From assembly GCA_032718475.1 (NCBI GenBank), contig JAUCBJ010003501.1, positions 45,812-109,811 of the forward strand: DNA of 64,000 nt, in the 5' to 3' direction. Positions within the stretch are counted from its first letter, which is position 1, and each line of letters starts with the position of its first letter. Below the pieces are notes generated by a model. It was not told the DNA's origin. It saw nothing but the letters and a program-made list of their open reading frames with translations, and made no database searches. Made by a program: the position numbers and the translations under genes. Positions 1 to 15,000 of this stretch are shown here, in pieces. This stretch comes from Nemertoderma westbladi (Eukaryota; Animalia; Xenacoelomorpha).

Positions 1-3000
1 GTGTTTTTAGTGCCACACGAGCACAACACAAGTGATTGTGTTTTTAGTGCCACACGAGCACAACACAAGTGATTGTGTTTTTAGTGCCCCACGAGCACAT
101 CACAAGTGATTGTGGTTTTAGTGCCACTCGAGCACAACCCAAGTGATAGTGTTTTTAGTGCCACACGAGCACAACATAAGTGATTGTGTTTTTAGTGCCA
201 CACGAGCACAACACAAGTGATTGTGTTTTTAGTGCCCCATCAGCACAACACAAGTGATTGTGTTTTTAGTGCCACACGAGCACAACACAAGTGATTGTGG
301 TTTTTTTGTGCCACACGAGCACAACACAAGTGATTGTGTTTTTAGTGCCACACGAGCACAACACAAGTGATTGTTGTTTTATTGCCACACGAGCACAACA
401 CAAGTGATTGTGTTTTTAGTGCCACACGAGAACAACACAAGTGATTGTGTTTTTAGTGCCACACGAGCGCAACACAAGTGATTCTGTTTTTAGTGCGACA
501 CGAGCACAACACAAGCGATTGTGTTTTCAGTGCCACACGAGCACAACACAAGTTATTGTGTTTTTAGTGCCACACGAGCACAACACAAGTGATTGTGTTT
601 TTAGTGCAACACGAGCACAACACAAGTGATAGTGTTTTTAGTGCCACACGAGCACAACACAAGTTATTGTGTTTTTAGTGCCACACGAGCACAGCACAAG
701 TGATTGTGTTTTTAGTGCAACACGATCACAACACAAGTGATTGTGTTTTTAGTGCCACACGAGCACAACACAAGTGATTGTGTTTTTAGTGCCACACGAG
801 CACAACACAAGTGATTGTGGTTTTAGTGCCACACGAGCACAACACAAGTGATTGTGTTTTTAGTGCCACACGAGAACAACACAAGTGATTGTGTTTTTAG
901 TGCCCCACGAGCACAACACAAGTTATTGTGTTTTTAGTGCCACACGAGCACAACACAAGTTATTGTGTTTTTAGTGCAACACGAGCACAACACAAGTGAT
1001 AGTGTTTTTAGTGCCACACGAGCACAACACAAGTTATTGTGTTTTTAGTGCCACACGAGCACAACACAAGTGATTGTGTTTTTAGTGCCACACGAGCACA
1101 ACACAAGTGATTGTGTTTTTAGTGCCCCACGAGCACAACACAAGTGATTGTGGTTTTAGTGCCACTCGAGCACAACACAAGTGATTGTGTTTTTAGTGCC
1201 CCACGAGCACAACACAAGTGATTGTGTTTTTAGTGCCCCACAAGCCAACACAATTGATTGTGTTTTTAGTGCAACACAAGCACAACACCAGTGATTGTGT
1301 TTTTAGTGCCCCACGAGCACAACACAAGTGATTGTTGTTTTAGTGCCGCACGAGCACAACATAAGTGATTGTGTTTTAGTGCCTCACGAGAACAACACAA
1401 GTGATTGTGTTTTTAGTGCCACACGAGCGCAACACAAGTGATTCTGTTTTAATGCGACACGAGCGCAACACAAGCGATTGTGTTTTTAGTGCCACACGAG
1501 CACAACACAAGTTATTGTGTTTTTAGTGCCACACGAGCACAACACAAGTGATTGTGTTTTTAGTGCAACACGAGCACAACACAAGTGATGGAGTTTTTAG
1601 TGCCACACGAGCACAACACAAGTTAGTATGTTTTTAGTGCCACACGAGCACAACACAAGTAATTGTGTTTTTAGTGCAACACGATCACAACACAAGTGAT
1701 TGTGTTTTTAGTGCCACACAAGCACAACACAAGTGATTGTGTTTTTAGTGCCACACGAGCACAACACAAGTGATTGTGGTTTTAGTGCCACACGAGCACA
1801 ACACAAGTGATTGTGTTTTTAGTGCCACACGAGCACAACACAAGTGATTGTGTTTTTAGTGCCCCACGAGCACAACACAATGATTGTGGTTTTAGTGCCA
1901 CACGAGCACAACACAAGTGATTGTGTTTTTAGTGCCCCACGAGCACAACACAAGTGATTGTGTTTTTAGTGCTCCACGAGCCAACACAAGTGATTGTGTT
2001 TTTAGTGCAACACGAGCACAACACAAGTGATTGTGTTTTTACTGCCCCACGAGCACAACACAAGTGATTGTGTTTTAGTGCCACACGAGCACAACAGAAG
2101 TGATTGTATTTTTAGTGCGACACGAGCACAACACACGCCATTGTGTTTTTAGTGACACACGAGCAAAACACAAGTGATTGTGTTTTTAGTACCCCACAAG
2201 CACAACACAAGTAATTGTGTTTTTAGTGCGACACGAGCACAACACAATTGATTGTGTTTTTAGTGCCCCACGAGCACAACACAAGTGATTTTTTTTTAGT
2301 GCCCCACGAGCACAACACAAGTGATTGTATTTTTAGTGCCCCACGAGCACAACACAAGTGATTGTGTTTTTAGTGCCACACGAGCACAGCACAACTGATT
2401 ATGTTTTTAGTGCGACACGAGCACAACACACGCCATTGTGTTTTTAGTGACACACGAGCAAAACACAAGTGATTGTGTTTTTAGTGCCACACGAGCACAA
2501 CACAAGTGATTGTATTTTTAGTGCCACACGAGCACAACACAAGTGATTGTGGTTTTAGTGCCACACGAGCACACAACATAAGTGATTGTGTTTTTAGTGC
2601 CACACGAGCACAACACAAGTGATTGTTGTTTTATTGCCACACGAGCACAACACAAGTGATTGTGTTTTTAGTGCCACACGAGCACAACACAAGTTATTGT
2701 GTTTTTAGTGCCCCACGAGCACAACACAAGTGATTGTGGTTTTAGTGCCACTCGAGCACAACACAAGTGATTGTGTTTTTAGTGCAACACGAGCACAACA
2801 CAAGTGATAGTGTTTTTAGTGCCACACGAGCACAGCACAAGTGGTTGTGTTTTTAGTGCAACACGAGCACAACACAAGTGATAGTGTTTTTAGTGCCACA
2901 CGAGCACAGCACAAGTCGTTGTGTTTTTAGTGCAACACGAGCACAACACAAGTGATAGTGTTTTTAGTGCCACACGAGCACAGCACAAGTGATTGTGTTT

Positions 3001-6000
3001 TTAGTGCAACACGATCACAACACAAGTGATTGTGTTTTTAGTGCCACACGAGCACAACACAAGTGATTGTGTTTTTAGTGCCACACGAGCACAACACAAG
3101 TGATTGTGGTTTTAGTGCCACACGAGCACAACACAAGTGATTGTGTTTTTAGTGCCACACGAGCACAACACAAGTGATTGTGTTTTTAGTGCCCCACGAG
3201 CACAACACAAGTTATTGTGTTTTTAGTGCCACACGAGCACAACACAAGTGATTGTGTTTTTAGTGCAACACGAGCACAACACAAGTGATAGTGTTTTTAG
3301 TGCCACACGAGCACAACACAAGTTATTGTGTTTTTAGTGCCACACGAGCACAACACAAGTGATTGTGTTTTTAGTGCCACACGAGCACAACACAAGTGAT
3401 TGTGTTTTTAGTGCCCCACGAGCACAACACAAGTGATTGTGGTTTTAGTGCCACTCGAGCACAACCCAAGTGATTGTGTTTTTAGTGCCCCACGAGCACA
3501 ACACAAGTGATTGTGTTTTTAGTGCCCCACAAGCCAACACAAGTGATTGTGTTTTTAGTGCAACACAAGCACAACACCAGTGATTGTGTTTTTAGTGCCC
3601 CACGAGCACAACACAAGTGATTGTTGTTTTAGTGCCACACGAGCACAACATAAGTGATTGTGTTTTAGTGCCTCACGAGAACAACACAAGTGATTGTGTT
3701 TTTAGTGCCACACGAGCGCAACACAAGTGATTCTGTTTTAATGCGACACGAGCGCAACACAAGCGATTGTGTTTTTAGTGCCACACGAGCACAACACAAG
3801 TGATTGTGGTTTTAGTGCCACACGAGCACAACACAAGTGATTGTGTTTTTAGTGCCACACGAGCACAACACAAGTGATTGTGTTTTTAGTGCCCCACGAG
3901 CACAACACAATGATTGTGGTTTTAGTGCCACACGAGCACAACACAAGTGATTGTGTTTTTAGTGCCCCACGAGCACAACACAAGTGATTGTGTTTTTAGT
4001 GCTCCACGAGCCAACACAAGTGATTGTGTTTTTAGTGCAACACGAGCACAACACAAGTGATTGTGTTTTTACTGCCCCACGAGCACAACACAAGTGATTG
4101 TGTTTTAGTGCCACACGAGCACAACAGAAGTGATTGTATTTTTAGTGCGACACGAGCACAACACACGCCATTGTGTTTTTAGTGACACACGAGCAAAACA
4201 CAAGTGATTGTGTTTTTAGTACCCCACAAGCACAACACAAGTAATTGTGTTTTTAGTGCGACACGAGCACAACACAATTGATTGTGTTTTTAGTGCCCCA
4301 CGAGCACAACACAAGTGATTTTTTTTTTGTGCCCCACGAGCACAACACAAGTGATTGTATTTTTAGTGCCCCACGAGCACAACACAAGTGATTGTGTTTT
4401 TAGTGCCACACGAGCACAGCACAACTGATTATGTTTTTAGTGCGACACGAGCACAACACACGCCATTGTGTTTTTAGTGACACACGAGCAAAACACAAGT
4501 GATTGTGTTTTTAGTGCCACACGAGCACAACACAAGTGATTGTATTTTTAGTGCCACACGAGCACAACACAAGTGATTGTGGTTTTAGTGCCACACGAGC
4601 ACACAACACAAGTGATTGTGTTTTTAGTGCCACACGAGCACAACACAAGTGATTGTTGTTTTATTGCCACACGAGCACAACACAAGTGATTGTGTTTTTA
4701 GTGCCACACGAGCACAACACAAGTTATTGTGTTTTTAGTGCCCCACGAGCACAACACAAGTGATTGTGGTTTTAGTGCCACTCGAGCACAACACAAGTGA
4801 TTGTGTTTTTAGTGCAACACGAGCACAACACAAGTGATAGTGTTTTTAGTGCCACACGAGCACAGCACAAGTGGTTGTGTTTTTAGTGCAACACGAGCAC
4901 AACACAAGTGATAGTGTTTTTAGTGCCACACGAGCACAGCACAAATGGTTGTGTTTTTAGTGCAACACGAGCACAACACAAGTGATAGTGTTTTTAGTGC
5001 CACACGAGCGCAGCACAAGTGATTGTGTTTTTAGTGCAACACGATCACAACACAAGTGATTGTGTTTTTAGTGCCACACGAGCACAACACAAGTGATTGT
5101 GTTTTTAGTGCCACACGAGCACAACACAAGTGATTGTGGTTTTAGTGCCACACGAGCACAACACAAGTGATTGTGTTTTTAGTGCCACACGAGCACAACA
5201 CAAGTGATTGTGTTTTTAGTGCCCCACGAGCACAACACAAGTTATTGTGTTTTTAGTGCCACACGAGCACAACACAAGTGATTGTGTTTTTAGTGCAACA
5301 CGAGCACAACACAAGTGATAGTGTTTTTAGTGCCACACGAGCACAACACAAGTTATTGTGTTTTTAGTGCCACACGAGCACAACACAAGTGATTGTGTTT
5401 TTAGTGCCACACGAGCACAACACAAGTGATTGTGTTTTTAGTGCCCCACGAGCACAACACAAGTGATTGTGGTTTTAGTGCCACTCGAGCACAACCCAAG
5501 TGATTGTGTTTTTAGTGCCCCACGAGCACAACACAAGTGATTGTGTTTTTAGTGCCCCACAAGCCAACACAAGTGATTGTGTTTTTAGTGCAACACAAGC
5601 ACAACACCAGTGATTGTGTTTTTAGTGCCCCACGAGCACAACACAAGTGATTGTGTTTTTAGTGCCACACGAGCACAACACAAGTTATTGTGTTTTTAGT
5701 GCCCCACGAGCACAACACAAGTGATTGTGGTTTTAGTGCCACTCGAGCACAACACAAGTGATTGTGTTTTTAGTGCAACACGAGCACAACACAAGTGATA
5801 GTGTTTTTAGTGCCACACGAGCACAGCACAAGTGGTTGTGTTTTTAGTGCAACACGAGCACAACACAAGTGATAGTGTTTTTAGTGCCACACGAGCACAG
5901 CACAAGTGGTTGTGTTTTTAGTGCAACACGAGCACAACACAAGTGATAGTGTTTTTAGTGCCACACGAGCACAGCACAAGTGATTGTGTTTTTAGTGCAA

Positions 6001-9000
6001 CACGATCACAACACAAGTGATTGTGTTTTTAGTGCCACACGAGCACAACACAAGTGATTGTGTTTTTAGTGCCACACGAGCACAACACAAGTGATTGTGG
6101 TTTTAGTGCCACACGAGCACAACACAAGTGATTGTGTTTTTAGTGCCACACGAGCACAACACAAGTGATTGTGTTTTTAGTGCCCCACGAGCACAACACA
6201 AGTTATTGTGTTTTTAGTGCCACACGAGCACAACACAAGTGATTGTGTTTTTAGTGCCACACGAGCACAACACAAGTTATTGTGTTTTTAGTGCCACACG
6301 AGCACAACACAAGTGATTGTGTTTTTAGTGCCACACGAGCACAACACAAGTTATTGTGTTTTTAGTGCCACACGAGCACAACACAAGTGATTGTGTTTTT
6401 AGTGCCACACGAGCACAACACAAGTGATTGTGTTTTTAGTGCCCCACGAGCACAACACAAGTGATTGTGGTTTTAGTGCCACTCGAGCACAACCCAAGTG
6501 ATTGTGTTTTTAGTGCCCCATGAGCACAACACAAGTGATTGTGTTTTTAGTGCCCCACAAGCCAACACAAGTGATTGTGTTTTTAGTGCAACACGAGCAC
6601 AACACAAGTGATGGAGTTTTTAGTGCCACACGAGCACAACACAAGTTAGTATGTTTTTAGTGCCACACGAGCACAACACAAGTGATTGTGTTTTTAGTGC
6701 AACACGATCACAACACAAGTGATTGTGTTTTTAGTGCCACACAAGCACAACACAAGTGATTGTGTTTTTAGTGCCACACGAGCACAACACAAGTGATTGT
6801 GGTTTTAGTGCCACACGAGCACAACACAAGTGATTGTGTTTTTAGTGCCACACGAGCACAACACAAGTGATTGTGTTTTTAGTGCCCCACGAGCACAACA
6901 CAATGATTGTGGTTTTAGTGCCACACGAGCACAACACAAGTGATTGTGTTTTTAGTGCCCCACGAGCACAACACAAGTGATTGTGTTTTTAGTGCTCCAC
7001 GAGCCAACACAAGTGATTGTGTTTTTAGTGCAACACGAGCACAACACAAGTGATTGTGTTTTTACTGCCCCACGAGCACAACACAAGTGATTGTGTTTTA
7101 GTGCCACACGAGCACAACAGAAGTGATTGTATTTTTAGTGCGACACGAGCACAACACACGCCATTGCGTTTTTAGTGACACACGAGCAAAACACAAGTGA
7201 TTGTGTTTTTAGTACCCCACAAGCACAACACAAGTAATTGTGTTTTTAGTGCGACACGAGCACAACACAATTGATTGTGTTTTTAGTGCCCCACGAGCAC
7301 AACACAAGTGATTTTTTTTTTAGTGCCCCACGAGCACAACACAAGTGATTGTATTTTTAGTGCCCCACGAGCACAACACAAGTGATTGTGTTTTTAGTGC
7401 CACACGAGCACAGCACAACTGATTATGTTTTTAGTGCGACACGAGCACAACACACGCCATTGTGTTTTTAGTGACACACGAGCAAAACACAAGTGATTGT
7501 GTTTTTAGTGCCACACGAGCACAACACAAGTGATTGTATTTTTAGTGCCACACGAGCACAACACAAGTGATTGTGTTTTTAGTGCCACACGAGCACAACA
7601 CAAGTGATTGTGGTTTTAGTGCCACACGAGCACAACACAAGTGATTGTGTTTTTAGTGCCACACGAGCACAACACAAGTGATTGTGTTTTTAGTGCCCCA
7701 CGAGCACAACACAATGATTGTGGTTTTAGTGCCACACGAGCACAACACAAGTGATTGTGTTTTTAGTGCCCCACGAGCACAACACAAGTGATTGTGTTTT
7801 TAGTGCTCCACGAGCCAACACAAGTGATTGTGTTTTTAGTGCAACACGAGCACAACACAAGTGATTGTGTTTTTACTGCCCCACGAGCACAACACAAGTG
7901 ATTGTGTTTTAGTGCCACACGAGCACAACAGAAGTGATTGTATTTTTAGTGCGACACGAGCACAACACACGCCATTGTGTTTTTAGTGACACACGAGCAA
8001 AACACAAGTGATTGTGTTTTTAGTACCCCACAAGCACAACACAAGTAATTGTGTTTTTAGTGCGACACGAGCACAACACAATTGATTGTGTTTTTAGTGC
8101 CCCACGAGCACAACACAAGTGATTTTTTTTTTAGTGCCCCACGAGCACAACACAAGTGATTGTATTTTTAGTGCCCCACGAGCACAACACAAGTGATTGT
8201 GTTTTTAGTGCCACACGAGCACAGCACAAGTGGTTGTGTTTTTAGTGCAACACGAGCACAACACAAGTGATAGTGTTTTTAGTGCCACACGAGCACAGCA
8301 CAAGTGGTTGTGTTTTTAGTGCAACACGAGCACAACACAAGTGATAGTGTTTTTAGTGCCACACGAGCACAGCACAAGTGATTGTGTTTTTAGTGCAACA
8401 CGATCACAACACAAGTGATTGTGTTTTTAGTGCCACACGAGCACAACACAAGTGATTGTGGTTTTAGTGCCACACGAGCACAACACAAGTGATTGTGTTT
8501 TTAGTGCCACACGAGCACAGCACAAGTGATTGTGTTTTTAGTGCCCCACGAGCACAACACAAGTTATTGTGTTTTTAGTGCCACACGAGCACAACACAAG
8601 TGATTGTGTTTTTAGTGCAACACGAGCACAACACAAGTGATAGTGTTTTTAGTGCCACACGAGCACAACACAAGTTATTGTGTTTTTAGTGCCACACGAG
8701 CACAACACAAGTGATTGTGTTTTTAGTGCCACACGAGCACAACACAAGTGATTGTGTTTTTAGTGCCCCACGAGCACAACACAAGTGATTGTGGTTTTAG
8801 TGCCACTCGAGCACAACCCAAGTGATTGTGTTTTTAGTGCCCCACGAGCACAACACAAGTGATTGTGTTTTTAGTGCCCCACAAGCCAACACAAGTGATT
8901 GTGTTTTTAGTGCAACTCGAGCACAACACAAGTGATGGAGTTTTTAGTGCCACACGAGCACAACACAAGTTAGTATGTTTTTAGTGCCACACGAGCACAA

Positions 9001-12000
9001 CACAAGTGATTGTGTTTTTAGTGCAACACGATCACAACACAAGTGATTGTGTTTTTAGTGCCACACAAGCACAACACAAGTGATTGTGTTTTTAGTGCCA
9101 CACGAGCACAACACAAGTGATTGTGGTTTTAGTGCCACACGAGCACAACACAAGTGATTGTGTTTTTAGTGCCACACGAGCACAACACAAGTGATTGTGT
9201 TTTTAGTGCCCCACGAGCACAACACAATGATTGTGGTTTTAGTGCCACACGAGCACAACACAAGTGATTGTGTTTTTAGTGCCCCACGAGCACAACACAA
9301 GTGATTGTGTTTTTAGTGCTCCACGAGCCAACACAAGTGATTGTGTTTTTAGTGCAACACGAGCACAACACAAGTGATTGTGTTTTTACTGCCCCACGAG
9401 CACAACACAAGTGATTGTGTTTTAGTGCCACACGAGCACAACAGAAGTGATTGTATTTTTAGTGCGACACGAGCACAACACACGCCATTGTGTTTTTAGT
9501 GACACACGAGCAAAACACAAGTGATTGTGTTTTTAGTACCCCACAAGCACAACACAAGTAATTGTGTTTTTAGTGCGACACGAGCACAACACAATTGATT
9601 GTGTTTTTAGTGCCCCACGAGCACAACACAAGTGATTTTTTTTTTAGTGCCCCACGAGCACAACACAAGTGATTGTATTTTTAGTGCCCCACGAGCACAA
9701 CACAAGTGATTGTGTTTTTAGTGCCACACGAGCACAGCACAACTGATTATGTTTTTAGTGCGACACGAGCACAACACACGCCATTGTGTTTTTAGTGACA
9801 CACGAGCAAAACACAAGTGATTGTGTTTTTAGTGCCACACGAGCACAACACAAGTGATTGTATTTTTAGTGCCACACGAGCACAACACAAGTGATTGTGG
9901 TTTTAGTGCCACACGAGCACACAACACAAGTGATTGTGTTTTTAGTGCCACACGAGCACAACACAAGTGATTGTTGTTTTATTGCCACACGAGCACAACA
10001 CAAGTGATTGTGTTTTTAGTGCCACACGAGCACAACACAAGTTATTGTGTTTTTAGTGCCCCACGAGCACAACACAAGTGATTGTGGTTTTAGTGCCACT
10101 CGAGCACAACACAAGTGATTGTGTTTTTAGTGCAACACGAGCACAACACAAGTGATAGTGTTTTTAGTGCCACACGAGCACAGCACAAGTGGTTGTGTTT
10201 TTAGTGCAACACGAGCACAACACAAGTGATAGTGTTTTTAGTGCCACACGAGCACAGCACAAGTGGTTGTGTTTTTAGTGCAACACGAGCACAACACAAG
10301 TGATGGTGTTTTTAGTGCCACACGAGCACAGCACAAGTGATTGTGTTTTTAGTGCAACACGATCACAACACAAGTGATTGTGTTTTTAGTGCCACACGAG
10401 CACAACACAAGTGATTGTGTTTTTAGTGCCACACGAGCACAACACAAGTGATTGTGGTTTTAGTGCCACACGAGCACAACACAAGTGATTGTGTTTTTAG
10501 TGCCACACGAGCACAACACAAGTGATTGTGTTTTTAGTGCCCCACGAGCACAACACAAGTTATTGTGTTTTTAGTGCCACACGAGCACAACACAAGTGAT
10601 TGTGTTTTTAGTGCAACACGAGCACAACACAAGTGATAGTGTTTTTAGTGCCACACGAGCACAACACAAGTTATTGTGTTTTTAGTGCCACACGAGCACA
10701 ACACAAGTGATTGTGTTTTTAGTGCCACACGAGCACAACACAAGTGATTGTGTTTTTAGTGCCCCACGAGCACAACACAAGTGATTGTCGTTTTAGTGCC
10801 ACTCGAGCACAACCCAAGTGATTGTGTTTTTAGTGCCCCACGAGCACAACACAAGTGATTGTGTTTTTAGTGCAACACAAGCACAACACCAGTGATTGTG
10901 TTTTTAGTGCCCCACGAGCACAACACAAGTGATTGTTGTTTTAGTGCCACACGAGCACAACATAAGTGATTGTGTTTTAGTGCCTCACGAGAACAACACA
11001 AGTGATTGTGTTTTTAGTGCCACACGAGCGCAACACAAGTGATTCTGTTTTAATGCGACACGAGCGCAACACAAGCGATTGTGTTTTTAGTGCCACACGA
11101 GCACAATACAAGTGATTGTGGTTTTAGTGCCACACGAGCACAACACAAGTGATTGTGTTTTTAGTGCCACACGAGCACAACACAAGTGATTGTGTTTTTA
11201 GTGCCCCACGAGCACAACACAATGATTGTGGTTTTAGTGCCACACGAGCACAACACAAGTGATTGTGTTTTTAGTGCCCCACGAGCACAACACAAGTGAT
11301 TGTGTATTTAGTGCTCCACGAGCCAACACAAGTGATTGTGTTTTTAGTGCAACACGAGCACAACACAAGTGATTGTGTTTTTACTGCCCCACGAGCACAA
11401 CACAAGTGATTGTGTTTTAGTGCCACACGAGCACAACAGAAGTGATTGTATTTTTAGTGCGACACGAGCACAACACACGCCATTGTGTTTTTAGTGACAC
11501 ACGAGCAAAACACAAGTGATTGTGTTTTTAGTACCCCACAAGCACAACACAAGTAATTGTGTTTTTAGTGCAACACGAGCCCAACACAAGTGATAGTGTT
11601 TTTAGTGCCACACGAGCACAACATAAGTGATTGTGTTTTTAGTGCCACACGAGCAGAGCACAAGTGATTGTGTTTTTAGTGCAACACGAGCACAACACAA
11701 GTGATAGTGTTTTTAGTGCCACACGAGCACAACATAAGTGATTGTGTTTTTAGTGCCTCACGAGCACAACACAAGTGATTGTGTTTTTAGTGCCCATCAG
11801 CACAACACAAGTGATTGTGTTTTTAGTGCCACACGAGCACAACACAAGTGATTGTGGTTTTTTTGTGCCACACGAGCACAACATAAGTGATTGTGTTTTA
11901 GTGCCTCACGAGAACAACACAAGTGATTGTGTTTTTAGTGCCACACGAGCGCAACACAAGTGATTCTGTTTTAATGCGACACGAGCGCAACACAAGCGAT

Positions 12001-15000
12001 TGTGTTTTTAGTGCCACACGAGCACAACACAAGTTATTGTGTTTTTAGTGCCACACGAGCACAACACAAGTGATTGTGTTTTTAGTGCAACACGAGCACA
12101 ACACAAGTGATGGAGTTTTTAGTGCCACACGAGCACAACACAAGTTAGTATGTTTTTAGTGCCACACGAGCATAACACAAGTGATTGTGTTTTTAGTGCA
12201 ACACGATCACAACACAAGTGATTGTGTTTTTAGTGCCACACGAGCACAACACAAGTGATTGTGTTTTTAGTGCCACACGAGCACAACACAAGTGATTGTG
12301 GTTTTAGTGCCACACGAGCACAACACAAGTGATTGTGTTTTTAGTGCCACACGAGCACAACACAAGTGATTGTGTTTTTAGTGCCCCACGAGCACAACAC
12401 AATGATTGTGGTTTTAGTGCCACACGAGCACAACACAAGTGATTGTGTTTTTAGTGCCCCACGAGCACAACACAAGTGATTGTGTTTTTAGTGCTCCACG
12501 AGCCAACACAAGTGATTGTGTTTTTAGTGCAACACGAGCACAACACAAGTGATTGTGTTTTTACTGCCCCACGAGCACAACACAAGTGATTGTGTTTTAG
12601 TGCCACACGAGCACAACAGAAGTGATTGTATTTTTAGTGCGACACGAGCACAACACACGCCATTGTGTTTTTAGTGACACACGAGCAAAACACAAGTGAT
12701 TGTGTTTTTAGTACCCCACAAGCACAACACAAGTAATTGTGTTTTTAGTGCGACACGAGCACAACACAATTGATTGTGTTTTTAGTGCCCCACGAGCACA
12801 ACACAAGTGATTTTTTTTTTAGTGCCCCACGAGCACAACACAAGTGATTGTATTTTTAGTGCCCCACGAGCACAACACAAGTGATTGTGTTTTTAGTGCC
12901 ACACGAGCACAGCACAACTGATTATGTTTTTAGTGCGACACGAGCACAACACACGCCATTGTGTTTTTAGTGACACACGAGCAAAACACAAGTGATTGTG
13001 TTTTTAGTACCCCACAAGCACAACACAAGTAATTGTGTTTTTAGTGCGACACGAGCACAACACAATTGATTGTGTTTTTAGTGCCCCACGAGCACAACAC
13101 AAGTGATTTTTTTTTTAGTGCCCCACGAGCACAACACAAGTGTTTGTGTTTTTAGTGCCCCATCAGCACAACACAAGTGATTGTGTTTTTAGTGCCACAC
13201 GAGCACAGCACAACTGATTGTGTTTTTAGTGCGACACGAGCACAACACAAGTGATTGTGTTTTTAGTGCCCCACGAGCCAACACAAGTGATTGTGTTTTT
13301 AGTGCGACACGAGCACAACACAAGCGATTGTGGTTTTAGTGCCACACGAGCAAAACACAAGTGATTGTGTTTTTAGTACCCCACGAGCACAACACAAGTA
13401 ATTGTGTTTTTAGTGCGACACGAGCACAACACAAGTGATCGTGTTTTTAGTGCCCCACGAGCACAACACAAGTGATTGTGTTTTAAGTGCCCCACGAGCA
13501 CAACACAAGTGATTGTGTTTTTAGTGCCACACGAGCACAACACACAACACAACTGATTGTGTTTTTAATACCACACGAGCACAACACAAGTGATTGTGTT
13601 TTTAGTGCCCCACGAGCACAACACAAGTGATTGTGTTTTTAGTGCCACACGAGCGCAACACAAGTGATTGTGTTTTTAGTGCCCCACGAGCACAACACAA
13701 CTGATTGTGTTTTTAGTGCCACACGAGCACAACACAAATGATTGTGTTTTTAGTGCCACACGAGCACAACACAAGCGATTGTGTTTTTAGTGCCCCACGT
13801 GCACAACACAAGTGATTGTGGTTTTAGTGCCACATGAGCACAACACAAGTGATTGTGTTTTTAGTGCCCCACGAGCACAACACAAGTTATTGTGTTTTTA
13901 GTGCCACACGAGCACAACACAAGTGATTGTGTTTTTAGTGCAACACGAGCACAACACAAGTGATAGTGTTTTTAGTGCCACACGAGCACAACACAAGTTA
14001 TTGTGTTTTTAGTGCCACACGAGCACAACACAAGTGATTGTGTTTTTAGTGCCACACGAGCACAACACAAGTTATTGTGTTTTTAGTGCCACACGAGCAC
14101 AACACAAGTGATTGTGTTTTTAGTGCCACACGAGCACAACACAAGTGATTGTGTTTTTAGTGCCCCACGAGCACAACACAAGTGATTGTGGTTTTAGTGC
14201 CACTCGAGCACAACCCAAGTGATTGTGTTTTTAGTGCCCCACGAGCACAACACAAGTGATTGTGTTTTTAGTGCCCCACAAGCCAACACAAGTGATTGTG
14301 TTTTTAGTGCAACACGAGCACAACACAAGTGATGGAGTTTTTAGTGCCACACGAGCACAACACAAGTTAGTATGTTTTTAGTGCCACACGAGCACAACAC
14401 AAGTGATTGTGTTTTTAGTGCAACACGATCACAACACAAGTGATTGTGTTTTTAGTGCCACACAAGCACAACACAAGTGATTGTGTTTTTAGTGCCACAC
14501 GAGCACAACACAAGTGATTGTGGTTTTAGTGCCACACGAGCACAACACAAGTGATTGTGTTTTTAGTGCCACACGAGCACAACACAAGTGATTGTGTTTT
14601 TAGTGCCCCACGAGCACAACACAATGATTGTGGTTTTAGTGCCACACGAGCACAACACAAGTGATTGTGTTTTTAGTGCCCCACGAGCACAACACAAGTG
14701 ATTGTGTTTTTAGTGCTCCACGAGCCAACACAAGTGATTGTGTTTTTAGTGCAACACGAGCACAACACAAGTGATTGTGTTTTTACTGCCCCACGAGCAC
14801 AACACAAGTGATTGTGTTTTAGTGCCACACGAGCACAACAGAAGTGATTGTATTTTTAGTGCGACACGAGCACAACACACGCCATTGTGTTTTTAGTGAC
14901 ACACGAGCAAAACACAAGTGATTGTGTTTTTAGTACCCCACAAGCACAACACAAGTAATTGTGTTTTTAGTGCCACACGAGCACAACACAAGTGATTGTG